Shown here piece by piece: positions 15,754 to 30,775 of a DNA stretch of 64,000 nt. The position numbers were made by a program, and so were the translations under genes. Origin of the DNA: Tubulanus polymorphus (lineage: Eukaryota > Animalia > Nemertea); contig NC_134025.1 in the NCBI RefSeq assembly GCF_964204645.1, forward strand, positions 3,348,001 through 3,412,000, in the 5' to 3' direction. Position 1 is the stretch's first letter; every line of letters starts with the position of its first letter. The notes beneath the pieces are model-generated. The model was not told the DNA's origin and did not search any database. It was given only the letters and a program-made list of their open reading frames with translations.

Positions 15754-16732
15754 ATCAATGTCTGTTCGTTCACATTTTTAGTAGATCTGAACTTTTCTGT
15801 TTTCCAATGATAATTATTTCATTTAATCAACACGTCATAAGCTGTAAGCTGCCTTTTGAAGATTTTGGTCTTTGCTCTTAGTTACATCGACAGTACCCCT
15901 GGTACCAGTACTTCAGTTTTGTCATGCTACCTCTTCTTTATTATATTCCATATCTATTTCATGCCTATTATTTTTCCATATTTTCTTCATTTTTCACTAA
16001 ATCGATTTATGAAAAAATCGGAATTTCTGATGAAAAACTCTGAATTTTTTTAAAGCACATTATGTATGGCATGTACTAATTGAGCAACAATCAAAACTTA
16101 TAAAAATATTTTCAGTATTATCGCTTTAATTGTATACATGTGTATTTACTGGGTAACTATAAATTCTAGAACTTAAAGAATTCCATATCAACTAAGTGAA
16201 TTTATTTTTTGCTGGAAATGGAACATGTATTTTTAAAGTTTTTTCATCAATAGTTTATTGTTTTTTGATGTCAGTTCATAATAAGAACTCCAAAATTAAT
16301 CCATATTGTATTATGTTAAAACCAAATTTTATATAAGTTTATGAAGAGATATAACTATATTGATATATTATAAAAGAGCTGAAGTATATTTTTGTTGTAA
16401 ATTGTTTAATGGTATATTCGGGTTAATAAATGCAGTATATATAGAAATAGTAAGTTCATGATTTTCAGTCGTGAAGGGATTTAAATCATTCAGCTAATGC
16501 AGGGAACAATACAGTAGACTCTTGTCTTACTCAGAGTTGGGAGTGACAACTTTTAACCAGAGTTATGAATTCTACCCAGGATCATGAAATGTATCAATGC
16601 AAGTCAAATAGGAATAAACGGAGGACTCAATTAAGCAAAATACATTACATATTTATTGTAAAGGAATGTACAAACTGGTTTAAAGAAGCTCTGATATAAG
16701 TATAAAATGGTGGACTAATGTTTCTATTTCAT

Positions 16733-18806
16733 TTATTGAGATTTCAGTCGACCGTATGGCACATTCAATTCTACTAAATCATCATAGAAATTTCCATCAT
16801 TGTCGCCACCACCAAATATCACTATATCGTCACTATCACTCTTCTTCTCATTGTGGTTTGGTTGACAAATAATATCCAGCCCTGCTCTTGATATCAGTAG
16901 TGGATCAGTCTTCACGTTAAACCATGTTTTTGTGTCTGAAATAGATCAATAATTACCCATTCAAATGTAGGTAAATACAGTAATATAATGTCGGTAGTGT
17001 ATGCGCACGCGTAAATAACTCACCAACGTTAAAACCTGCCGTATCTGATAAGGCAACATTTCCATTATAACCACCATGAATCAAGATCTGATTTCCACGC
17101 AGGCGACAGGCTGAATGCCAACTAATAATGAATCATGAAAGATATGTCATTAAATTCAATAATAGGAGATTACAAATGAATTTATTTATCATTCATTTCA
17201 TGCTGTTACAAACCTTCTAGGTGTTGGTGGTGTACCATTGACTTCAGGTTTAGTCCACTCTACAATACCTTCATAAAAAAATGAATTTCATTAAACTTGT
17301 TATGTATAAGTTAATTTCAGGGTCGTGTGAGATTGATTACTTACTCATATCTAAAATATAGATGTCATTGAAACAGTATGGAAAATCCCAGCCTCCAAAC
17401 ACTACTAATTCGTCACTGATAAGTGTTGCTGAATGCCTGAAGAATTATGACAATTCTAATTGATTGAATGATCTTTGAAATTGAATGTAAAATACAGCAT
17501 TTTTGTAATCGTCTGACAACATACCCAGATCTCGGTTGAGGGCGTTCACTTCCAGTAACTATCGGCATGTACCAACTTTCGGTTAATGGACTGTAAATGT
17601 GAATATCATTGCTGGAACCATCTGGTTGCGGATCAGGCTGAGGAAAAATACCACCAAATATCCAGAGTTCATGTCGGTAAAGAGTGGAAGTATGGTACGC
17701 TCTGGTCGGGGCATTTCCTTGAGTCTGATAAGAAAGTAAAGGAAAATAAGCGAGGACTTATTATAGTACGGCGTACATTACAGGACTAGGAATTTTTCAA
17801 TGATGTACTTACTTTGATCAGCTGCCATTTATATTCCTCCAGATCCAACGCATGTACATCATTAAACCAGCGTTTATTCTTAGAACCACCATAAATATAT
17901 ATACACCGTACCGCTGGATCATAAGAGGCTGAATGTCCAACGCGTAACTCTGGATTCATTCCATCAAATTGAGTTTTAGGATTAGTCCATTGCTTTCCAA
18001 CTACAATCAGAGAGTACCCATATATCTGATAAATCTAACACGCTCAACGGATTTCACTTATATAATCCGCTATTCATTTCAATAGATTCATACCGAGATC
18101 ATACAACCATGACGAGTCTTTACTGAACTGCTGTTTGGCACCTTGTCCTCCAATAAGAATAGCTTTCTCATCCTCGATCAAACTGAATGAATGTCCCCAT
18201 CGCGGACTCGGACCTAAAAAATATCATCAAACTTTGAGCATGATAGTAAATAAAAAAGCAATTTAGAGAATTCTACAGACCTTCCTTACCCTGTTCCGAT
18301 TGAATTTGCTTCGTAATCGCATTTATGGTCACATTATCATTTTCTTTTTCTTGTATAGTTGCTGGACAGCTATTCTCAGTCTCTGTACCTAATTTCTCAT
18401 CAGTGGATTCTAACTGTTTATCTTTAGCATTTTTCAAATTACTTGAATCTATCAGTGGTTGCTCTTTAGCACTCCTTGCACGAGTCACTTTTTTTCGAAC
18501 TGGACTGACCGGTTTATTTTGAGCGTCATCCGTATCTTCTGTTGAAACTCTGGATCGCTTATTGTTTTGACTTCTTCCTTGGGATGGCTTAGTTTTAATT
18601 ACTTGGGACTGGGATTTCGTTTTACCCTAGAAAAGTTCAAGCCGAAATGAAAAATGATTCATCCTTACTATGGTCCATGGGCACAATAAATAGAAAATTT
18701 AATTTGATTGGTTTCTGTTATGAGACATTTGTATACATATTCTGGTACAAAATACGAGTACTAAGTCGAATTAGGCTATTAATATTATGGGTGGAACCTT
18801 TGGCAT
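16733..18806 (-). CDS. Kelch-repeat beta-propeller protein (RABEPK/KLHDC-like) with a low-complexity N-terminus
   Basis: Spliced exons give six kelch blades: PSPRWGHS..ILIGGQG, RVGHSASY..IYGGSKNKRWFNDV, PTRAYHT..IFGG, PRSGHSATL..VFGGWDFPYCFND, PRSWHSA..IHGGYNG, IVIFGGGDNDGNFYDDL. The start codon (ATG at 18806) is tentative. Confidence 0.85.
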
Positions 18807-19568
18807 TCTGTAAATGTTTTCTAACTGTTAGCAGTAATCCTTGACGAATGTTAAGCGCTCAGTCGAATAGCAAGTATATAATTTTAGGTTCATAAACAGC
18901 GGGCAGTTTGTTCATTTCCGGGTAGCTGCAGCTCCGGAGTTAGACTGGTTACCGGTATCTATCTTCAATTTGTATGGGAAAGGCAACCAGTCTATGGGAC
19001 GCTCTGCTTGTGATTACGCGATGTCAAAATTAGAGAGGAGGTTCGAATCCTGAACTATCAATAATTAATGACGAAACTTCGAATTCAAATACAACATATT
19101 CATGGTAGCAGATTCCTTTTTTTATTGAGAAAACAAAATAGACAATCATCATTTTTTCTTTTCCAATAACACTTGTTGAGGAAGATATAAAATTCCAATG
19201 TTGTATGTCGTATTAACTGGCACATTATTAGTTCCAATAAAAATCCAATAAAGATCTAAGCCATTTCATTTTCTTTGAATGGACAAAATTAGTGCATAAT
19301 ATTAACGATATAAAATCAATAGCACCTTCTTCAACATGTAATCACTTATGACAAGTTGTTGACCAATCTACCAAAACTCTTTCATTGTCAAAAAGTACCA
19401 CAATTATTTCATATAAGATTACAAACGACATGACAATATGAAAACTTTCTTTGAAAGTACACATTATTTCTTAACAAATTCCTACATTACATAAATGCGT
19501 TACAGCAACTTTCCTTATAAGCAAAATCTATCAAAAATTTGGTACACTATGAATATTAGAAAAAGAAG

Positions 19569-22500
19569 CTACATGTCCATGTAATCTTCCGCTACATTTG
19601 CTAAATTTTGTTTCAAGTTTTTCAGAGCTTTCAGCGCACGTTTCGCTGCTGCACTCTTAGCAATACGGTAATTTCTGCCAACTCCCGTGTACGTCCCCTT
19701 TCCCATTACATTAACAGTAACTCTAATCTTTCCATCCATAGTTCGTTCAGGTTTCCTGAAAAATATAACACAGCTCATATAGCAATGTCATGGATTTCAA
19801 ATTTTCTCGAATAATTGATTTACGTACTCGAATTTGGCAGCTTCAGGTTCTAGTTCCAGTAATTCACGTACTGGAGACTTAGGAATATTCGATGTAAACA
19901 TTTCTAGAAAAGAAATTTATTTGATATCACTAAGAAATCAATAGATCTAGCTGCTGGGTAAATATGTACGAATCAACTGACCTATTTGAGGCCTCATCAT
20001 ATGAAAATAGACTTTCCAAACAGTTTCTAAATCCATTCCACTATCCAAATAAATTGCTCCAGCAACTGATTCAAATATATCGCCTAGAGCTTTTGGAATT
20101 TCAATATCTTCTTCTTCACTGCTTTCATCGGAGTCGGAGTCCAAGAACTAAAATGATCAGTATACAACATAGTGAAAACTAGAATTTGAGAGTTGAAATA
20201 TTTGTGAGGATATGATATAATTACCTCATCTACAGTGATTTCATCATTCATTTTCTCTTTCTGCCATTGGACAAATTCGTTGATAACGTGGAAGAGTTGT
20301 GGAGAGACAGCTTTAAAGTACTTGTGAAAGTCCCATTTTACGGCGAGGGCAGCAAAAATGTTATTGTTGACAAGGGCTGAACGTAGATCAGTAAGCACAC
20401 CTAAGATGAAATAAATTCTTTAATTAGATAACGATATAATATGATTACATTTACAATGTTTGCATGCACGTTTTTTTATTATTTCTATTACCAGGGGAAT
20501 GTTTTTTAGAGTCCTGAAACAAGTGTCGTGTAATCACATAATCAAGAATAGCATCGCCCAGGAATTCTAACCTGAAAGAGAGTAGCACATATTGGTAGTT
20601 AACTTTGCGTAAATATTGATGAAACAGTTATCTTGACAGCAAATGTGAAAATGTATCTCACCTTTGGTAGCAATCAGTGATTGTATTGTAATGGAAGGAA
20701 GCGTGTGTAAATGCCTGTAACAGATACGCTCGATCTTTGAATGTGTAATTGATTTTTGCTTCAAATGCCTCAAATCCGTCCAACATGTGATTGAGACGAT
20801 GTTCTGCGTTGGGTTCGTGTGTGAGTAAAGGTGACGGCGGTTGTTGAAGATCAATGAATTCTCGATTCTCGTGTTTTGGAAGCACTTTTAAACCCAACCA
20901 ACTCATGAATTGCAATGCATCTTTCATTCCGCAGGTTATCAAATAACAACCGATCAGAGCCTCTACACAATCTGCTATACTCTTTTTTGGAAGACTGTGC
21001 TGTGTTTGTAGATTGTAAGGAATAAGCATATGATCAGCAGGTATAGTCGTATCGTTCTTTTCTTCATCAGCGCGTAAAATTTCTTGTAATTCCTTCTCGA
21101 AAGCTTTCTTCTGATCTTCAGCTGAACCGATCTCAGGATTGGTTGTATCGACATTGGCAGCTGTTTGCGTTTTTGTGCAATTCGGATTCCACACATTTAT
21201 ATCGGCAGGAATCCGTAACACACCCGAATGACAATCACTACGAATAACATAACCCGAAGGTAACCAGTTTTCAGTTGGTTCAAATTTCGTCGACACCATG
21301 CATTCGGCGAATCCCTTACGAATACCTAACTTGAATAAGTTGATGTTGCTCACTTGTTTACTTCTAAGATGACTAAGTTTACCTTCATGAATGCTTGGAT
21401 ACATGCAATACAAATAAGCAGTAATGGCAAACTTGAGAAATGAATCACCAATTGTTTCCAATCTTTCCAGATTGAAGAAATCGTTAGCATTTGACATTGT
21501 CAATGTTTGTAATATAAGACATGGACTAGGTCCATATTTATTTTCTATAAAAGGCTGACTAGAAAATAGTGTATTAAATCCATCATTAGCACAGTTGTTG
21601 ATATCACAGTCATCCTGATTATCTTGCATTCTCAGTGTTAGCAAATCATCTCCGAGAGGTTTTCCATTTGTGTCAGTGGAAGATGATGGAGAAGCAGCGT
21701 GGATTTCGTTGGTAGACTTGTTTTCATCGTCGAAATTAGCACCAAATACATAGTCATTACAATCAGCACTAGATGAGTTAATAGTTTGCATAGAATGAAG
21801 ATCATCATCCTCATCATCAACATCATCATTATCCTCATCATCATTATCCTCAACACCATTACTTTCATCAACATCATTGACATCATCCTCATCATCATCG
21901 TCCTCAACATCATTTCTTTCATCAACATCATAGACATCATCCTCATCATTATTATCATCAAAATCCTTATCCTCATCACCATTATCATCCTCATTACTGC
22001 TGCCGTTCGCTTGGTCCACTTCAGTTTTCGCTTCATCTGCAGCCAGTTGCTCGTTCATCTGTTTCACTTTTAAGCTGAATCCGAAGTCCAACTTTGGAAA
22101 TGAAAAATCATTAGGAACATTCTCGGTGCCGATTCCTGCCTCTCTCGCAATAAGGCAGCGAATTTCATTTGCGATAAGAAGATAATTTGTGCGGTAAAGT
22201 ATTGCTGGTATGCATACTGTTTTACGCCATAATGAAGCAGGAAACGGATGAATTCCGCACAGCTCTGGAATAAAGATTTGTTTTTGTTGCAGATTTTCAC
22301 GGCGGGCACGTTTTGTTTGAGCGCTGCTCGTCGGGAGCGCTACTCCCTTTTGATTCATGTATCGCGGAGTGAGTAGATTTAAACGCGCCGACGTGTGGTC
22401 GACATCCAGTAGCGGCTGATTCAAATTCGTTACATTCAGACCGTATTTGCTACGATAGTAATCTTCGAATGTGGCGTAAAGTTCTTGCGATGGGAAATGA

Positions 22501-25500
22501 CTTCGTGGACTGAGATCGGTACGAATTTCAGCCACGTAGAAATACTGCGGTTTATCTAGATTTCTATACGCAGGCATGACAACGGCGTCCAGGTGGTCTT
22601 CTTCAAGAAATTCAAATTTTTCATCGGGTTTGGCACTTTGACTGAAGCACTTCTTGTAGTTACTATTTCGACATTCATCGATTTCATCCACAAATTTCCA
22701 ATCGATTCCTTTGATAGCTTTAAAAGAGAAAATACTTGAAATAAATTGATATTTGCATGCAGGTTAAGATGCTACAAATAATACAAACTTACTTGTATCG
22801 ATAGGAATTACTAAGTAACCACATTGAGCCTTCTCTTGATTATATTCCATCGGATCTTTTTCGAGACGTAAAACTCGATTAAAAAGATACCGATGGAAAT
22901 TTGTCAGTTTTTTAAGTTGATCTTCATCGTGACAAAGATCATCGTTAAGTTGAACTAACGAAACGGTCACTTCTCCAGACCTCGTGAACACAGGAAACAG
23001 CGGTATCTGTGGAATAATGATTATTTCATACAGTATCCAGAAAGAAATTATCGTTTTCGAATGCACATCGAAATGCAAAACTTACATTTGGTATCATTTT
23101 AGCAGTGAGAACACCAAACGCTTTATCATATTCTTCCGGTGGGTAAAGTTTTCTTCCTCGAGTATTCTGCTCTTCTGAGATTGGACACGTTAGCACCATA
23201 TGGATGAGATACAGATATGAAGGTTTCCCTGGTTCAGGTTTACTATTCATAAATGCATCAGCATTCTGTAAATAGCAAGCATCACATATGTGTACACCAG
23301 CGATAACTCTAAGCATGAACTCGCATATAATCACAACGTTACCTTTTTGTAATAGTTTTGTTTTTTGCGAGTTGTTCCTGTTCGACTGATTCCATGGTCA
23401 GCATCATCTTCCCAATCGTTCTCCTCTTCATATTGTACGACTTCTTTTCCAACGGGTAAAAGACGATCGTCTAATTCATCTAAAATTCAACACGATATTC
23501 TCAACATCAATACACGTATCTGCGAGGTAGATCGAACGTTTCAAAAGAATCAGTACGTACTTGCTTCATGTAGTATCTTACAGGTTTTCAAAGCTACAGA
23601 CATTTTTGCGAGCTTTTTTCTCACCATCGGATCTCCCTAAATGAAAATCGCATTCTATCAAATTGAGCGAATCAATACTGTTTACATATTTTGATATCTT
23701 CAATTAATTGACAGACAATGTTATTTACCACAATTTGTTGTTTGACAACTGAGTTTATTGGAAGTTGAAGTGTACAAGTAAACAGTTTTTGCCCATTAAT
23801 CATTTCCTCTATGATACGACACTTTGGAGTGAGATGAGTGAAAGCATCACTGGGCAGTTTAGCGCAATATCTGAAAAACAAATTATTCATACTTCAATGG
23901 AGTACCAGCACGCATGCTATCCAGTTTATTGAGGCATAATTTTTCTACATTTCCATAGAATTTGAGAAATTACCGGGTATCGTTAAATTTCAATTGATCC
24001 AGCATTGACTGGCATTGAAAACTAGCAACACACCTGGCGCAGTAGTGGTCCTGCTACCCCATTCATTCAGAAGCAAACATTTCTAGAATGTTGCACGTAT
24101 CAAACCGAAGAATACTAACCGATTAACAAGTGCAATAGCTGAAGCCATCGTTACCCGAGGTGAACCTTCGCCTTTAAATGGAATGTACGGTGGAATGAGA
24201 TCATTGGCTAAATGTTCATCCATCTCATCTTCATCATGTTCATCTCGACGACGACATTTTTCCATAAGAATCTAAACACAAATCAGCATCAAATACATCA
24301 AAATGACATACACAGTAACTCATCAAATCGACATCCATAAGTTTTGTTTATTTTTCCGTACTTTTTCGATTCCTCTGTATATATGCAATTCTTTCGGAAA
24401 TGTAGACTGCAATTCATTACTGACCAACATGTAGTACTTGGATTTAGGGGACCTCGCTCGACCCTGCAATATGATTGTACACGATGTGATTCCAAAATAC
24501 CAATAATCAATTGAAATACAGTAAACTTCGCTGTCAGACAAAACGCTATCTTTTTTGTAATTTCCTTTTATTCTCCTATCTTCAACCAGACCGATCTCGG
24601 CCGAATTATGCCAGTCCAAGTTTTTCGAAGTCAGGCGAAGTTTACCGAAGTTCATTTTCAATAGTTTTAATAAGATGTATTTGACCATACCTTTGACTGC
24701 ACGTAAGCGCGGTATGTACTTGGAAGATCAAATCTTACAATCAGATTACATTTTGGCACATCTAGACCTTCTTCTAACACGCTCGTCGAAATCAACAGAT
24801 TAATTTCCTTATTGCGAAATTTCCTCATCGTTTCATCCAACTTTTTTTGCATCATTTTGGCTTCTGGATTTTCGCCTTTTTGTCCGTGGCCCATTACATG
24901 GCTACTTTTTACGAAATACAGTTTCTCATCCCAGATGCATAATTCTTGAATCAATTTGTTCAGGGCATAAGCAACATGACGCCTTTCAACGAATACAATA
25001 CCAAGCATACTGTCATCTTCTTTATTAGATCCATCCTCTTTTTCGCCAGTATTTGATATTTTCTTGGCAACATATTGATAAGCTATAAATGAAAGGTGGT
25101 GAATATGCTTATAGAATAACATTATATCTTAAGTAATAAATAAGAGTTGTTTTTGTTAAGCCACATACCTGGGAATTTCGGTTGATTGCTAGTATCCATT
25201 GGCTCTTCGTCAGAAAGCTCAAATGAGTCATTACTATCACCATCCATGTCATCATCTGAAATATCCTCAGCTCCGGCCATATAATCATCAAACTCGGGCA
25301 ATTCGGAGTTTATTTCCTTCGTCTCAATCACAAAATCATCATCGGGTTTATACGCATACAATAACTTAATGAGTTCCATAACTTTAGGACTGAAGAAAGT
25401 ATGGAAATCATCAAGAGTTAGAGTAAGATTATTTTCGAATCGTTGTTCGAATGTGTTGAAAATCATTCGTAAAATGGTCAGTGTCATGTGTATGAATTGA

Positions 25501-27143
25501 CGAGTTAATTCCTGATGTTCGTGTTCAACACGGCAGCATAACTGTTTGATGAATACTTTGGCAACGTGAGCAGCGCACCACGGTCCTAGCGTGTGCAAAA
25601 TCCACTACAAAAATATACAATAAAGGCCATTTCAAAAACCATCTCATGAAAGATTGATAAGCCCTTTATTTTAAATACCTTCGATGATGAATTTCTAACA
25701 GCGACATTTCCAAGGGAGGTGGGGAAAACGTTGAAGAACATATCTTTGACTTACAGTATACCACCAGATAAAATAGCAAACAACAGGTATTGACTCTGAC
25801 ACTGAACGAAGTCCAATCCCACATTGAGGAATGTTTAAAATTTCATTTTGTATTTTACTTGAAGAGTATTTTACTTTTGTATTTTACTTTGGAAGGGTGT
25901 AGGGAAAAAGTTTTATTTTTTTTTCATTTAGAAATTTGTATACGTAGTTATATCTGAAAATAAAGGTTTAAATGAATACCGGTAGATGGATGACTTACCG
26001 AGCATTCTTGCAGAGCATATTTAGCTAAATTTCTCGGATCTTTCTCTCCATCTTCTTCGTTCACATTGATCAGCACATTCTCCATGAAATACAACGCGTC
26101 GTCGAGCCAATCACTGAACTCTCTCACTAATCCAGTTTTATCTTCGTATTCATCGACGACGATTAAAATCTCTTCCGGTCGAGTTCCGAACGCGTCCAAC
26201 GCGATCATATCCGAGGACGTTACCGCGACACTACGCAACGTAAGTTCTAAATTGCGGATCGTTTTATCGAGTTCGCTGTCCGAACGACATTTCGAATGCA
26301 ATATCGCAGCCGTCAGTCCTAGAATCGCCGGATGCTCTTCGCAAACGTCGTGAAACTTCATAATATTCACGTACGGGTGATTCTTTACGGCCATATGACA
26401 CTCGTCAAATATCAATAAGTTTATCCGCGACAAACTGATGAAACCGTGATGAAGAAGGTCGGAAAATATCTGAGGCGTCATGACCAGAATTTGATACTTT
26501 TGAAATTCTTCAATCCATTTTTCACCAGTCCAAAGGTCAACGCCTAGCGCTCCGATATAGTTACCGACTGTGAAATCGGTATGATACCTTATCGCTTTCG
26601 CTTGCTGTTCAACCATAGGAGCTACAAAAAATGATTTACAAAATTAACACCGATACTTGTCTATCTCGATCCACTTGTTTCTAGAATTCTGAAGTTGAAA
26701 TTAATCATTATTCCTAATCAGTTAATTGAGAGTCGAATCTTCAGGAGATGAAACACAAAGCATAAATGCAGGCCTACTTACTGGTTGGAACCAAAAATAT
26801 AGTCCTTTTCCCTCCTTCATCAAATGGTTTACGGATTGCACTGGCTTTCATTTTCATAAGCATGATACCGATGAAAGTTTTACCTTTCCCAGTTCCCAAA
26901 CATACAATTGTATTACGCTCAAGAGCGACATCCAAAAGTTCAACCTGAAATTTGAATTCGGTGATAGTTGATCGGTTAGCGAAGTCTTTGAGGTGAACAA
27001 ATGTCAAAATTGCGATTCTATCGACACATATGACGTACCTGATACGGTCTTGGAGTGAAACGATCTTCATGGATAACTTCTTGCCTGTGTCCTTTTGGTT
27101 TCCGCGGAGGAGGCAGAACTGGTAGTTCAGATTTTGGATGCAT
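19569..27143 (-). CDS. DICER1: Endoribonuclease Dicer-1 (helicase, DUF283, PAZ, RNase IIIa/IIIb, dsRBD)
   Basis: Start MHPKSELP...[10 protein letters not shown]|VELL; Walker A LGTGKGKT; LIFDECH; [14 protein letters not shown]; DUF283 [14 protein letters not shown]; [13 protein letters not shown]...[18 protein letters not shown]; RNase IIIa [12 protein letters not shown]; RNase IIIb [12 protein letters not shown] and [20 protein letters not shown]; ds[21 protein letters not shown]. Confidence 0.98.
21800..21993 (-). repeat. Asp/Glu/Asn-rich low-complexity coding tract (GAT/GAG-rich) in Dicer
   Basis: Imperfect (TCA/TCC)n run on + strand encoding [25 protein letters not shown]...DDEDDD between PAZ/connector and RNase IIIa. 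Confidence 0.85.
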
Positions 27144-27601
27144 CTTATTAGTTGTCACTTGTTATTGCAGCAAGTCAATTGAGGAGCTGAAACAAACACA
27201 ACATTTTCAGTACACTTGTTCTTGCCGTTTATGTGAATATATCAGTACCAGATTGGTTTCTTATATTAGCGGTTCTTATTAATTTCAATAAAAGAATTTC
27301 AATTTTCATCAGCTCTCCTTCCTTACTCACTTTTTGTGTCTTTCTTGTTGTTTGTTTTAGTCAGGAATGATTATCATAGTGTCTAGCTTCTGGTGATTGG
27401 ATAGTGATATCGAAGAACTTTAAACAGAGATCTTTGGAAATCTAGTTTCTGTTCGTGAATTCAGGGATGGTTAGTACTGCGGCATGGACATCGTATAGGG
27501 AAAACCCACTTTCACCGAATACGATAAAGTACGTTGCCTGTGATTCGCTGATCCGTTCAAGTTCTGTCTAATCAACGATACGATAACAAATGTCAACAAA
27601 T
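27144..27601. promoter_or_regulatory. Probable bidirectional promoter region shared by DICER1 and ALKBH6
   Basis: Head-to-head ATGs only about 460 bp apart (27143 on -, 27602 on +), with a Dicer 5'UTR intron inside this interval; regulatory function is inferred from geometry only. Confidence 0.5.
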
Positions 27602-28942
<1,341 letters not shown>

Positions 28943-29036
28943 GAAAAAAAATCATTGTATATCTAATGGTTTATATTTGTTGTTTTCTAATAAATTGATT
29001 TACAGATACATACACGGATGTTTTTTGTCAGAAAAT

Positions 29037-30142
29037 CTACCAGCCTCTGCCACCACCTCTGCTACCTCTGCTGTCACTAGCAGACGAACTAGATCGCGTA
29101 CTGGTTCCTCCGTTGCTGGAACTTCGTCCCGATGACGAACTGGAACTTGTACGGCCGTTACTACCGCTGGTGCTATGACTGGATTTTTCTCCAGCACTAA
29201 CGCTACCTCTGGCGCTACTTCGACCTCTACCTACTGATACTGAACCACCGATGGATACACTTCTGCCGCCTTTACCGGCATCACCGCTGCTCTGAGCAGA
29301 CGAACTTTTGGACCCCGCTCCCATGGATCCGCTGACTGACAAACGTCCTTTACTATCGACGGAGACAGTACAACTAGCCGATGCACTGAGATCTCTTTTA
29401 CGCCTTTGGCTTTGTTTAGAGATTGGTTTCACACGAAATACAAGCATACCCGCACACATACCACTAACAGTTTCATCGCCGATGTTTTCCTCTACGTTGG
29501 TTATTGGCGTTCCGTACGTTTCCATCTCAAATACATTTCCATTTGCCGAGCCCTGCAATGTTATTGTTGATGGTTTTTAAAAGTAAGTTAAATGAGGACG
29601 GCCGATGCGATTATAGTTTGTTTTACAATGAACTTACATCTGATCCATATTTGAACATCAAAAAACGGGTGTTGATGACTTCGGGGTGGATCTCAGCGAG
29701 GAAACATTTTTTATAGGTATGGTCTTTGAATAGAGTGATACCCTGGATAAAAAATTATACATATTCAACAAGCCTTTTCCCATATGCATCACATCCGGCT
29801 GTATTTCAAGATTGAATTCACACATACCTTTTCTATGTTATGATATACAGTTGTTCGATCGCTTAAACTTTGTTTTGGAATCACAATAAATTCCCGGTTC
29901 CCGTTCGGCAAAACGATAACTTGCTCCGTAGCCACCTTTCCGGATTCATCAGTGAATCTACGCAGTGTTCCCGGGAGCTGGAATGAAAAAAATAATGATC
30001 GCAAGCTTTTTTTACTACATTATTAACCACGAATTGTTTGGAGAAAATTAACTATATATGAGCGACTATTTACCTGATTTTCATTAGTTCCCGCAACTAA
30101 CTTTACAAATAAAATGAAACTTGCGATATTCACCAACATCAT
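29037..30142 (-). CDS. Secreted BRICHOS-domain precursor with furin site and Ser/Gly/Arg-rich C-terminal cargo
   Basis: Four coding exons joined in phase 0: MMLVNIASFILFVKLVAG (signal peptide) / ...TTVYHNIEK / GITLFKDHTYKKCFLAEI... / ...IGDETVSGMCAGMLVFRVKP..QRRKR-DLSASASCTVSV...GGGRGW. The two Cys in KKCFL and MCAG..F.V contexts match the BRICHOS disulfide pattern. Confidence 0.75.
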
Positions 30143-30775
30143 CTGAAAAACATATTTACCACATAGAATCAAGTCTCCATTATTCCAAAACAGCGCGAAT
30201 ATACTTAGAAATTAAGTAGACGTACCTTTCAGTCTTCAGTTCAGTTCACTTGTAAGTCAAATCGTAAAATAATGATTATAATTTCTGGCTGTGTTTTATT
30301 TACCCTAGAGGGTCTAGAATAGATGGAAATTCCCATTACTAATCTCTTAAGTATTTCAATTGCCTCTCTTGGCTGACCTTCCACCATCCGTTCAACGATA
30401 AACAGGAACTAAATGAGCGTCAATTTCGGGGAAATTCTAGACGGCTGTATATTTTCACTCGTATGTTCGTCTGGGAAATCAAATAGGAACCTCTCCAAAT
30501 GGTTAATCAACAAACAATTGTTTTCTCACTATCTTTTTGTTTATCTAAACCATGCGTCCTTTTTTTTAGCAGTTCACTTCGTCATTCGATGGCTTTCAAG
30601 TCGACAATCAGAAACATAAATACGTAGAAAAACAAAACTCGTTCAGTTACATTTTGAAATTGATTATATCATATATTCATCTGTTAGTATATATACATAT
30701 ATTTTCACTTCTATAAAAATCAGCAGTTATTTCATTGGACGGGACTAAAATGTTCCTATTTTCTAATAAGGGATT

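Noticed and set aside
21638-22073. Met-rich (-) and Ile-rich (+) ORFs
   Set aside because: Alternative frames of the GAT-rich acidic tract in Dicer.
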